Positions 54,800 through 64,000 of a DNA stretch of 64,000 bases are shown here, piece by piece. The notes under the pieces are model-generated. The model was not told the origin of the DNA. It worked only from the letters and a program-made list of their open reading frames with translations, and ran no database searches. Each line of letters opens with the position of its first letter. The first letter of the stretch is position 1. Source of the stretch: an uncultured Gammaproteobacteria bacterium (GTDB lineage Bacteria; Patescibacteriota; Patescibacteriia; UBA9934); contig CAYFME010000007.1 of the NCBI GenBank assembly GCA_964344145.1, positions 2 to 64,001 on the forward strand, read 5' to 3'. Made by a program: the position numbers and the translations under genes.

Positions 54800-55504
54800 T
54801 CACGTTGTGTAAGCTTCAAGGATACCAATCTTGTGAGTTGGATCCAATTGTTGGGCAAGTGGCAGAAATTTTGTCCGTCTATTCAGTCCCACAAATATTT
54901 CATCAATGATCGTTAGTCCGGGATAAAGACAGACGTTAAAGAGGGCATCATCGTATGCTAAACCATCCACGCATAGAGATATCTCTTTTAATACATACAT
55001 GGCTAGAGCATCCAACTTTTCTTTTGGAAGGCTTGTAATTTTTGACGCCCTGTCTGGTCTACCATCTAGAATGGCTTGTCGGATGGTTTTACTAAATTCT
55101 TTGTTCTCTTTATAGAAGCGAGTACATGCATTGAGTCTATTTTTGTAACTCAACGAACCTGTAACATCTCTCCACATAACGAGATCCACCATTCTGCCTT
55201 GTGATTTCGGCAATTGATCAATAAGCCGATTAATAAGAAAATGTTTTTCCTCGCCAAGTCTCGTTGCCTTTCGAAGAGCCGCTTGTGGTGACTTGCTATC
55301 CAGGATTTCGATGTTAATTGCATGAATCTCATCTGGAATCAAGATTAGAACTCGATCTTTGGTGTGTTCTAGGCACCATCTTAGGTATTTAAGGACATTC
55401 GTTTCAGTAAAAAACTTGTTTCCTAGGCTTACGCCAAACCACAGATTGTGCTTTCTCGCCTCCACGCTCTCGCGCGTGACATCTAAATACGTTTTTATTT
55501 GCAT
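54800..55504 (-). CDS. tRNA-dependent cyclodipeptide synthase (CDPS, AlbC-like) homolog
   Basis: LWFGVSLGNKFFTETNVLKYLRWC matches the CDPS pocket motif G.S.GN.YF...N...L.W, including the catalytic Ser. YVLKE matches the Y...E pair. Length is 234 aa. Confidence 0.6.
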   Translation of the reverse strand: MQIKTYLDVTRESVEARKHNLWFGVSLGNKFFTETNVLKYLRWCLEHTKDRVLILIPDEIHAINIEILDSKSPQAALRKATRLGEEKHFLINRLIDQLPKSQGRMVDLVMWRDVTGSLSYKNRLNACTRFYKENKEFSKTIRQAILDGRPDRASKITSLPKEKLDALAMYVLKEISLCVDGLAYDDALFNVCLYPGLTIIDEIFVGLNRRTKFLPLAQQLDPTHKIGILEAYTT

Positions 55505-55506
55505 AA

Positions 55507-55866
55507 CTAACCAATCTCACTTCGACTATCGAGAAGATGCGGGTCGATGCGGCAGAGGATGCGATCGATCGTAATGGATGGAAACTGTTGTTCAAGTTCG
55601 TCGCAGATTTGCACGCGCACGCTTTCGATCATGTGACGTGCGGGAGCGTGACGACATGCGACATGCAAAACCGTTTGTTGAAACGACACGACTCGTGCGT
55701 CGACAAGATAGCGCTCGTCAAGAACGCGATCAAGCAGCTCGTTCGCCCGCTTTACAATCATCGCCGCCTCAACCTGTGCACCAATACCATGCCGCTTCAG
55801 TGCGCCGCCAATGAGCGAGTTCATCTGATCCGGACGCTTTTTGAATTGTCGTTGTAGTCGATTCAT
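55507..55866 (-). CDS. DciA-like (DUF721) replicative helicase loader candidate
   Basis: MNRLQRQFKKRPDQMNSLIGGALKRHGIG...VVSFQQTVLHVACRHAPARHMI is the family pattern. The start at 55866 is preferred. Confidence 0.5.
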   Translation of the reverse strand: MNRLQRQFKKRPDQMNSLIGGALKRHGIGAQVEAAMIVKRANELLDRVLDERYLVDARVVSFQQTVLHVACRHAPARHMIESVRVQICDELEQQFPSITIDRILCRIDPHLLDSRSEIG

Positions 55867-56501
55867 GTTCGCTCGTAGGGTTTGTACTGCTCTTTCATAC
55901 GACGGACGACGGATTCGCCGAGTTCGCGGATCGCCGGATCCACATCTGCATACTTCATGCAATACGTAATACTAAACTCAAAGTGTTCTGGATACATGTG
56001 CGCGTTTTGGTACTGAAACGCTTGAAGTGTTCCCTCGATCTTGTCGAGCGCCTTGATGACTTGCGACTCAAAGGTCTCAAGCTGTTCAGATTCAAGCCAC
56101 AAATCATAGATCTCCTGCGCTTGATCATCTGGAAGTGATGAAAAGAGCTCTCTGGCAGCAATCTTTTCACGGTCATGCTTTTGCGCTGCGAGATCATCGT
56201 TGTAAGCATGCGTATTCTTTCCTGTACAATCGTCGCCCATCGGACTGTCGTCACCCGCGATGATCTCTGGGAGATCATGAATCAGTGCCATCTTAAGCGT
56301 CTTTTCAAGATCAATCGGTTTGGACAGCTTTGGCGCGATCGTCATGACCATCATCGCCAGTCGCCACGAATGACTTGCGACGGACTCGTACCAAACAGGC
56401 TTAGGATAGTCTTTCCAACCGTACTGACCACGAAATCGTTCAAGTCGCTTAAGCGCCTCAATCGATGATACAAAATCGTACAGTTGATCGACGTCATTCA
56501 T
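55863..56501 (-). CDS. HD-domain phosphohydrolase (YfbR-like 5'-deoxynucleotidase family)
   Basis: HSWRLAMM...ALIHDLPEIIAGD. Confidence 0.7.
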   Translation of the reverse strand: MNDVDQLYDFVSSIEALKRLERFRGQYGWKDYPKPVWYESVASHSWRLAMMVMTIAPKLSKPIDLEKTLKMALIHDLPEIIAGDDSPMGDDCTGKNTHAYNDDLAAQKHDREKIAARELFSSLPDDQAQEIYDLWLESEQLETFESQVIKALDKIEGTLQAFQYQNAHMYPEHFEFSITYCMKYADVDPAIRELGESVVRRMKEQYKPYERT

Positions 56502-56514
56502 ACCTCACATCTTA

Positions 56515-59451
56515 TCAGCCCTGGCGAAACTCACAAATATCACGGAAGTCGCAGAACTTGCAGTTCCATCCGGGCGTTGCCTTGAAGTCCGATGCCTTCA
56601 TACGCGCAACCGTATCGAGAATTTCTTCTTGCAGCTTATCAACATCCTTCTGCGTTGGCTCGAAGCTCACAAGTGAGTTATCTTCGAGATAATGATACGT
56701 CAGTTTTGTGACCTTCAGCGGCGGGTCAAAGCAGCGCTCCGCAGCCAGCGCGTAGAGCACGAGTTGTCGTTTTTCCTGCCAACCAATCTTCTCCAACGTC
56801 TTTGGCGATCCTGTTTTGTAGTCGATGATTTCGTAACCGTCTTCGATCTTGTCGATGCGGTCAATGCGACCTTTGACAGTCACATCGCCAATCTTGAGCG
56901 TAAATCCTTTCTCGATCAGAGCAACTTCCGGCTGCTCTTTCATGAGATCGGCGTGAAAGGCTTTTAAAGAATCGAGTCCTTTGGATCGATATTCTTCGCG
57001 CACTTGATCATTTGGATACCATTCGTCGATCCAACTCGCTTCGTAGATTTCTTTAAGCACATCCAGCGATGGAACAGATGTGTCGGTTGGTTCGGCTGTT
57101 TCGAACAAGCTGCTCTGAGACGCCTGCCCTGCTGCAACAAGGCGTTCCATAAAGCGCTGCAGCGAGTTGTGCATGGTTTTTCCAAAGCTCATTTGGTAGC
57201 GCCCAAAGACCGGGACCTTAAGGATGTGTGCGAACTTGTATTGCAACGGACAACTTGTAAAGGCGGCAAGCTGTGTGAATGAAAGCGTTCCCGGCGTGAA
57301 CGTGGGTGCTACCGATGACTGATCAACGACGACTTCCGGCCCTTCGCCGAGCTTCACTTTTGCTCCTGATCGCGTTGTTGCGTCCAACTGCGCATCTTGA
57401 ATGAATCGTGAAGGTTTTCGCTTACGAACCCCGCCATAATCTTCGGCACTGAACATGTACAATCCTTCTTTTGCACGTGTCATGGCCACATAAAACAGCC
57501 GCCGCTCTTCCTCGATATGCGGATTCCCCCCCTCGTTGACGATTTCTTTGACAAGCTCATCATGAATCGGAATCGGATCGGCACGGCGCTGTGATGGAAA
57601 GCGTTGTTCAACAAGGTTAACGAGGAACACAAAGCGGAACTCAAGGCCTTTTGATGCATGCACGGTCATGACGTTTACAACATCTGGTCCAGCTTCCATG
57701 TCTGCCGAGAGTTTTCCGGCCTCGCCTGCCTGTGATTCATGATCAAAGACTTCAAGAAAATGATGAACGTGAGGATCGACGGCCGTTTGCTCGAACGCTT
57801 TCATGCGATTAAAGAACTGCTGTAGATACTCAAACTGTTCTTGCTGCGCCATATCAGGAAGTTCACGCACGCCAGCAAGAAGCCCGGTCTGTTTCATGAC
57901 ACTTACAAACAGCTCGCTTGACGGTCGACGTCGAGCTTCACGCTCCAGTGATCCGATGAGTTGCAGAAGCTCACCAATCCGACGCTTCCCTTCATGCGAG
58001 AGACCAGGCGCTGACACCATCGCCTGATACAACGAACAGCCCTTGCGACGCGTATGCATGGTTAGCTGAGCAAGGTCATCCTCACCAACGCCAAGTGTCG
58101 GATGACTCAGTACGCGATACATCGATGGACCGTCGTGATGCTGATCAATGACACGTAGATAGGCCAAGCCATCGATGATGATCGGCTTTGTGTAGAGGCC
58201 CGACATCGCCATGAAACGATACGGAATCCCCGCGTGCTCAAGCGCAGTGAGAAACGGGGTCGCGTTGTCGTTGGCGCGTACAAGAATAGCAAAGTCAGAC
58301 CATCGAGCCTCTTTTAATTGCCTGAGCTCAATAATCTTTTCAACAACGCCCTGCACTTCGTCATGATGTGTTTCGCATTGAATGTACTCGACAGAGCCGT
58401 CAACATCCTGATGGGCGACCAGTTCCTTGTTCAACCCTTCCCGATCCTCAAGGCGATTCGGGTTGTTCTGTTGGATGAGCGTGTACGCGGCATTGAGAAT
58501 GTTCGCGCCGCTTCGGTAATTCTTGGTGAGGACGACGCGCTTTGCATCAGGAAAGTCCTCACGAAAGAGCATGATGTTTGAAAGCGACGCTCCGCGGAAT
58601 TTGTAAATCGACTGATCATCGTCGCCTACGACCGTGATGTTGTTTGGCTTCGTGGTCAAAAGCTTGACGAGCTCGTACTGCGCCATGTTCGTATCCTGAA
58701 ACTCATCAACCAAAATGTACTTAAACTGCTTCTGATATTGCTTCAAGATGTCCGGACGTTTTTGAAAGAGTTCAATCGTGTACGAAATAAGATCAGCAAA
58801 GTCGAGCGCATTCTGCTCGAGCAAGATCTGTTGATACACACGATACGCACTCGCGAGTTCGTTGAGCTTCGCGATCTCCGCAAGAACATCACCACTTTCG
58901 GAGCTCGCAACACCTTCGACCGTATCCGCATCCATTTGTTTCTTCTCAACGAGCGCTGCGTAGTCGTCTGGAAGGACAAGTTCGTCCTTCAGTCGTGAGA
59001 TGTGCTTGAGCATGGAGCGTAAAAAGCGCGTCGGGTTGCCGCGCGGCTTGTAGTAATCAAGTTCAAACCGATCGATTTCGCGACGGACCATCAAGTACGC
59101 AGAGATCTCATCAAGCAAGAGAAACTGATCTGGCAAACCGATCTCAAGAGCGTGTTGTCGGAGAATCCGTTCGCAAAACGAGTGGAACGTGGAGATCCAA
59201 AGGTCGACGTAGCCAATGGGCAAAAGCTGGTCAACGCGCTCCTCCATTTCTGTTGCCGCCTTCTCTGTAAACGTGAGCGCGAGAACCTCCTCGGGCTTCG
59301 CCTTCCCCTGCTCTATTAGCCACGAAATACGCTGCGTAATGACGGTTGTTTTTCCTGTTCCGGCACCGGCAATGATCATCAACGGACCACCATCAAAGGT
59401 GACCGCCTCGAGCTGCTCGTCGTTCAGGCCATGGAGGAGTTGATCTGGCAT
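56515..59451 (-). CDS. UvrD/PcrA-type SF1 helicase fused to a C-terminal RecB/Cas4-like PD-(D/E)xK nuclease with a Cys cluster (AddA-like)
   Basis: Walker A is AGAGTGKTT. The nuclease motif is GRIDRIDKIEDGYEIIDYKTG...QLVLY. The terminal Cys cluster is CKFCDFRDICEF. Confidence 0.75.
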   Translation of the reverse strand: MPDQLLHGLNDEQLEAVTFDGGPLMIIAGAGTGKTTVITQRISWLIEQGKAKPEEVLALTFTEKAATEMEERVDQLLPIGYVDLWISTFHSFCERILRQHALEIGLPDQFLLLDEISAYLMVRREIDRFELDYYKPRGNPTRFLRSMLKHISRLKDELVLPDDYAALVEKKQMDADTVEGVASSESGDVLAEIAKLNELASAYRVYQQILLEQNALDFADLISYTIELFQKRPDILKQYQKQFKYILVDEFQDTNMAQYELVKLLTTKPNNITVVGDDDQSIYKFRGASLSNIMLFREDFPDAKRVVLTKNYRSGANILNAAYTLIQQNNPNRLEDREGLNKELVAHQDVDGSVEYIQCETHHDEVQGVVEKIIELRQLKEARWSDFAILVRANDNATPFLTALEHAGIPYRFMAMSGLYTKPIIIDGLAYLRVIDQHHDGPSMYRVLSHPTLGVGEDDLAQLTMHTRRKGCSLYQAMVSAPGLSHEGKRRIGELLQLIGSLEREARRRPSSELFVSVMKQTGLLAGVRELPDMAQQEQFEYLQQFFNRMKAFEQTAVDPHVHHFLEVFDHESQAGEAGKLSADMEAGPDVVNVMTVHASKGLEFRFVFLVNLVEQRFPSQRRADPIPIHDELVKEIVNEGGNPHIEEERRLFYVAMTRAKEGLYMFSAEDYGGVRKRKPSRFIQDAQLDATTRSGAKVKLGEGPEVVVDQSSVAPTFTPGTLSFTQLAAFTSCPLQYKFAHILKVPVFGRYQMSFGKTMHNSLQRFMERLVAAGQASQSSLFETAEPTDTSVPSLDVLKEIYEASWIDEWYPNDQVREEYRSKGLDSLKAFHADLMKEQPEVALIEKGFTLKIGDVTVKGRIDRIDKIEDGYEIIDYKTGSPKTLEKIGWQEKRQLVLYALAAERCFDPPLKVTKLTYHYLEDNSLVSFEPTQKDVDKLQEEILDTVARMKASDFKATPGWNCKFCDFRDICEFRQG

Positions 59452-59483
59452 GGCGGTAGTTTAGCACACTTACGAGAGGTCAA

Positions 59484-59508
59484 TATTTATGGCGATCGCC
59501 ACAAATTG
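59484..59508. repeat. Family-3 palindrome copy b (ATTTATGGCGATCGCCACAAATT), 35-57 bp upstream of the helicase-nuclease start
   Basis: A perfect GGCGATCGCC core sits in symmetric flanks. TGACC is adjacent on the minus strand. Confidence 0.6.
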
Positions 59509-59512
59509 TAAC

Positions 59513-60010
59513 CTAACGATATTCGTCGAGGATCCGATAAATGTAGACGTATTCTTCAACCCCAACCTCTTTTATAAGCTTACGAAAATTCTCAATAACA
59601 TTCGTTGTTCCGTGCCAGACACTTCGTTGAAGAAGTGTGAAGCCAGCCTCCTTAAGAAGCCTTCTAAGCATCGCCCTCACATTTCTCATTGGCTCGGGAA
59701 TGTCGAATACGAGCAAGTTGGCCTGCCCCTCTGGTAGACGCACCTTTTCGTCAATGATTTGTCGCTTTAACGCGTGTACACGACCCTTGCTTGTAAGTCG
59801 GTACTCAATTTTTTCACCCTTTTTTCGAAGTTCGATAAACCTCCTCTTAGCTAAGTATCTGACTTCGCGCATTCGTCTCGCCTCCATCTTCCATGCGACA
59901 CCATCGAGAGAGTACGTTCTATGTGGCAACGCCTCTCCGAGCTCGGAAGCAACATTAAATAGACTGACTAACGTGTCACTACATTTGGACATAGATTGGT
60001 GGGTGAACAT
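59513..60010 (-). CDS. winged-helix + Cas2-like (type I-E Cas2/VapD fold) domain protein; PaaX-like regulator candidate
   Basis: The C-terminal LLVFDIPEPMRNVRAMLRRLLKEAGFTLLQRSVW...VYIYRI parallels the Cas2 beta1-alpha1-beta2 pattern [33 protein letters not shown]. The N-terminus is wHTH-like. Start codon is the ATG at 60008-60010 (MFTHQS...) or the one at 59990-59992 (MSKCSD...). Confidence 0.5.
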   Translation of the reverse strand: MFTHQSMSKCSDTLVSLFNVASELGEALPHRTYSLDGVAWKMEARRMREVRYLAKRRFIELRKKGEKIEYRLTSKGRVHALKRQIIDEKVRLPEGQANLLVFDIPEPMRNVRAMLRRLLKEAGFTLLQRSVWHGTTNVIENFRKLIKEVGVEEYVYIYRILDEYR

Positions 60011-60033
60011 TTGTGGCGATCGTACCAAAAGTT
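60005..60033. repeat. Family-3 palindrome copy c (AACATTTGTGGCGATCGTACCAAAAGTT), overlapping the start region of the wHTH-Cas2-like gene
   Basis: It shares 21 identical bases with copy a (gtgaacatttgtggcgatcgt). Confidence 0.6.
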
Positions 60034-60044
60034 TACCACACCCT

Positions 60045-60080
60045 AAATCAGAAAAGACCCTTGTTCGGGTCTTTTCTTTT
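60045..60080 (-). terminator. intrinsic terminator for the beta-CA gene (aagaccc-ttgttc-gggtctt with U-tract on the minus strand)
   Basis: Seen in the sequence. Confidence 0.5.
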
Positions 60081-60089
60081 GCATGTTTT

Positions 60090-60503
60090 TTAAGCAACTT
60101 CTTTGATCTCAACGGATCCGTCGTCCTGGATGTCGGCAATCACTTTCTTGATTGCAACGTCCGGATAGGTTCCTTTGAGGTACGTTTCAGCGGTTTTAAG
60201 CGCTTCAACGTGGTTTTCCCACTCAGCCTCACGGCTGTCGAAGGCATCGCGTCCACCGTATCCACCACAATCGGTGTGGTTCATCAACGTGATGCAGTTG
60301 ATGTCGTGAAGCTTCTTTGAAAGGCTGAGCTGACTCTCAACAGCTCCGCCCATACTTCCATCGTTGAGGTCCTTTGCGGCACCAGCAATGGAAATAACGT
60401 CGGTGTCGTTCGTGAGATCATTGTCTGACATGTAGCTTTCGATGGCTGATTCCAGACGGAAATCCATACATCGAACAAGGGCAGCACTACAGGTATGTGA
60501 CAT
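60090..60503 (-). CDS. beta-class carbonic anhydrase (Cab-type, short)
   Basis: The zinc ligand motifs CMDFR (CxDxR) and HTDCGG (HxxCG) are present. Confidence 0.6.
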   Translation of the reverse strand: MSHTCSAALVRCMDFRLESAIESYMSDNDLTNDTDVISIAGAAKDLNDGSMGGAVESQLSLSKKLHDINCITLMNHTDCGGYGGRDAFDSREAEWENHVEALKTAETYLKGTYPDVAIKKVIADIQDDGSVEIKEVA

Positions 60504-60639
60504 AAGAATGTCGAATGTTAGAAGTTAGAACGACGGGATAATACACGAAAAAAGGGAAAAAGTCAATACTCATCTTTTTTGAATGCACGACGACCGCCTC
60601 CCGAGAAGTGGGTGGCGGTCGTACGGGCATCGGAAGACG

Positions 60640-61323
60640 CTACTTGGCGGCCTCCGGTGCGTCGCGGCGCGGGAAGATGCCCCAGCGGAGCATGCGCTCT
60701 GCGTCACGGGTCCGACGCTGGTTGCGCTCCAGCTCACGGCGGGCCAGGAAGTCCGGAACGTTCTCCACGTGCGTGACGCCGCGGAAGGCGTCGTGACGGC
60801 CGTTGAGGCTCGCGACCATGCGCTCGACACGCGTATGCGCGAAGCGCCGCTGGAGCGCGCTGGCGATGGTCATGCTGGAGGCGTTGATGTGCTCCTCCTC
60901 CTGACGCTCACCGGGCTCGTGGCCCAGGAGTATCTTGCGGCCAGCACAGCAGGTGTGCTCCAGCACGATGATGTGCTCGGTGTGGTGCTCGCCGATCAGC
61001 GGCGCGATCTCCTCCTCGATGATGCGGTCGCGGTAGCTCTCGTCGTCGGCCATGCGCGGCACGATCCCGGCCAGGCAGGGCCCGCCGTCGTTGAGCCAGC
61101 GCAGGTTCGGACGGAAGCCCGCCGCGCGCTCGAGCTGGTTGCCCACGCCGGCGCGCACCAGGTGGCGGTCCCAGGCCGTCTGCAGCCCCGGCTCCACGCA
61201 GCCCAGGATCAGGACCTGCGCACCCTCCGCCAGCGTGAACTGATCCATCCCGCCGTCGGGAATCCACCGGTACATACCGGTCACTCGTAGGGCCATGCCC
61301 ACTCCACTCATCAGCAAGTTCAT
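60640..61323 (-). CDS. hypothetical protein, ~66% GC (foreign)
   Basis: It is the most protein-like of three overlapping ORFs. A GC-rich hairpin (60575-60607) lies downstream. Confidence 0.4.
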   Translation of the reverse strand: MNLLMSGVGMALRVTGMYRWIPDGGMDQFTLAEGAQVLILGCVEPGLQTAWDRHLVRAGVGNQLERAAGFRPNLRWLNDGGPCLAGIVPRMADDESYRDRIIEEEIAPLIGEHHTEHIIVLEHTCCAGRKILLGHEPGERQEEEHINASSMTIASALQRRFAHTRVERMVASLNGRHDAFRGVTHVENVPDFLARRELERNQRRTRDAERMLRWGIFPRRDAPEAAK

Positions 61324-61418
61324 CTCGACCTCCTGCTACTACTAGCCACCGCGGCGTTCGTAACGGCGCAATACTAAACCAAAACAGCCCATCTGTCAAG
61401 ATGCGCTGTTCTCTGTTT

Positions 61419-61865
61419 CTATTTGATTGGAGAAGGCTTTCCAACGTCCCGATACTTCCCTTTTCGCGCCACTTTGTATCGTGCGAGTTCCCGCTCGAGG
61501 TGCACAAGTGCATCTGCGTAGGCGACGTCACCCTTCTCTCGTGCCTCTTGTAGCCGCTTTTCAGCCAACTCTTTCGCCTTTTCAATCTCTTCAAGCGCGA
61601 GCTCGTCAGATCGCTCTGCTGTGTCTGCAAGGATGATGACGGTATTGTCGGGCAGAACTTCGATCAAACCCGTTGAAACGGCCAACAGAGAGCTCGTAGA
61701 GCCGTCTTTGAGCCGCATCTCACCCGCTTTTAGCAGAGAAACGAGAGGGACGTGGTTTGGCAAAACCGTAATCTCGCCGTTCTCTGTCATCGCTGAAATA
61801 GAATCAACCGAATCTTCAAATACGATTCGCTCTGGCGTCACTATTTTCAGCGAGATTTTGCTCAT
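61419..61865 (-). CDS. atpC: F0F1 ATP synthase epsilon subunit
   Basis: ISLKIVTPERIVFEDSVDSI... Confidence 0.85.
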   Translation of the reverse strand: MSKISLKIVTPERIVFEDSVDSISAMTENGEITVLPNHVPLVSLLKAGEMRLKDGSTSSLLAVSTGLIEVLPDNTVIILADTAERSDELALEEIEKAKELAEKRLQEAREKGDVAYADALVHLERELARYKVARKGKYRDVGKPSPIK

Positions 61866-61867
61866 AG

Positions 61868-63244
<1,377 letters not shown>

Positions 63245-63252
63245 TTATTGAT

Positions 63253-64000
63253 TTACTCAAGGGCCGCCTTCCCGCTAGAAATCTCTGCGATTTCTTGGGT
63301 GATGCTTGCCTGACGCAATCGGTTGTAAGCGAATTTGAGATCTGAGAGCATGTCCTTTGCTGAGTCTGTTGCGTTGCGCATCGCCATCATGCGGGCTGAG
63401 TGCTCAGAGGCGGTCGACTCGAGGAGTGCCTGATAGACCATCGTTTCAACGAGTCTCGGAAGCGTTCTATCAAGGACATCCTGTGCATCTGGTTCAAAGA
63501 GGTAATCTCTCGGCTCTTCTACCTCTTGATCTTCTTCAGCGAGCACATCTGGTGCTGTGAGGTCCGGCCGTTGCAGTGGAAGCAGATCGAGCAGTCGAGG
63601 ATGTTGTTCAAGTCCTGAGACGTAGTCGGTGTACGCGAGGACAACGCGCTTGTACTCTCCACTAACAAATCCATCGATGATCAGCTGAGCAATCGGCAGA
63701 ATGTCGTTGAATGTTGGCTTGTTGGTCAGTCCTTCAAACGATGCCTTCACAAATACCTCTTTTTTTGCCAACGCCATATTTCCTCGGCGTCCTACAGAGA
63801 TCATGTCGATCGGTGTCTCTGGAACGTTGCGCAGCATCTGGATAGCCTTTTTGATGACGTTCACGTTGTAACCACCAGCAAGTCCGCGATCGGAGGTGAA
63901 GAGAACCAAGAGAACCTTTTCCGCCCCTTCGTTTGCATGAAGGAGTGGATGCTGAACGTCCGGCACATGCTTGAGAACGGAGCGGATGGTGTTCCAAGAG
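63253..64000 (-). CDS. atpG: F0F1 ATP synthase gamma subunit (N-terminus lies beyond the window end)
   Basis: LVLFTSDRGLAGGYN and the C-terminal helix are present. The reading frame stays open to nt 64000. Confidence 0.85.
   Translation of the reverse strand, partial: SWNTIRSVLKHVPDVQHPLLHANEGAEKVLLVLFTSDRGLAGGYNVNVIKKAIQMLRNVPETPIDMISVGRRGNMALAKKEVFVKASFEGLTNKPTFNDILPIAQLIIDGFVSGEYKRVVLAYTDYVSGLEQHPRLLDLLPLQRPDLTAPDVLAEEDQEVEEPRDYLFEPDAQDVLDRTLPRLVETMVYQALLESTASEHSARMMAMRNATDSAKDMLSDLKFAYNRLRQASITQEIAEISSGKAALE

Noticed and set aside
55863-60085. CRISPR array associated with the Cas2-like gene
   Set aside because: No direct-repeat/spacer array was found anywhere in the window. Only three dispersed palindromes are present.
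59637-60320. 227-aa + strand ORF
   Set aside because: It is antisense to the Cas2-like and beta-CA genes and spans a terminator.
60583-61630. ORFs 60583..61290 (+) and 60908..61630 (-)
   Set aside because: They are overlapping alternative frames in the 66% GC island. 60640..61323 (-) has the most protein-like composition.

Overview
This 64 kb window has a ~48-52% GC backbone carrying conserved housekeeping genes. On the + strand these include alaS, infA-rpmJ-rpsM-rpsK-rpsD-rpoA-rplQ, rplM-rpsI, a Wzx/GT4/GT2/GT2/O-antigen-ligase glycan cluster, gltX and an M23 peptidase. On the - strand they include fmt-def-priA, clpB, ftsQ-alr, serS, lysS, greA, pbp2-mreDCB, a UvrD-type helicase-nuclease, and ATP synthase epsilon/beta/gamma. 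Short AlaS, a short RpoA without an alpha-CTD, DciA and PduL suggest a reduced-genome bacterium, possibly Patescibacteria/CPR-like (inference, not proven). Five classes of unusual structure stand out. (1) At least seven discrete GC-rich (~62-68% GC) insertions sit in intergenic positions (640-1405, 8600-11400, 26630-28990, 34620-35290, 38510-39180, 48720-49560, 60570-61335). Most encode single foreign-looking genes with their own GC-rich hairpin terminators and many spurious overlapping ORFs. (2) Three families of palindromic repeats occur. Family 1 is a two-hairpin MITE-like element. It is inserted in-frame in a rumA-like gene, occurs solo after pduL, and as a DUF559 endonuclease-carrying copy is inserted in-frame in a SpoU/TrmH methyltransferase gene. 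Family 2 (GAATACGCCACCCGGTGGCGTATTC) flanks a foreign lipoprotein gene and is also embedded in priA. Family 3 (AACATTTGTGGCGATCGYCACAAATGTT) flanks a wHTH+Cas2-like gene and precedes the helicase-nuclease and wecB-like genes. (3) A tRNA-dependent cyclodipeptide synthase homolog with a small membrane partner lies between dciA and mreB. (4) An HD hydrolase, a UvrD-helicase/RecB-Cas4-like nuclease and a Cas2-like regulator sit together with no CRISPR array. (5) Two consensus sigma70 promoters each drive a ~100 nt RNA ending at a terminator (8469-8597 and 34446-34610). No CRISPR array, rRNA gene or intact tRNA was found.
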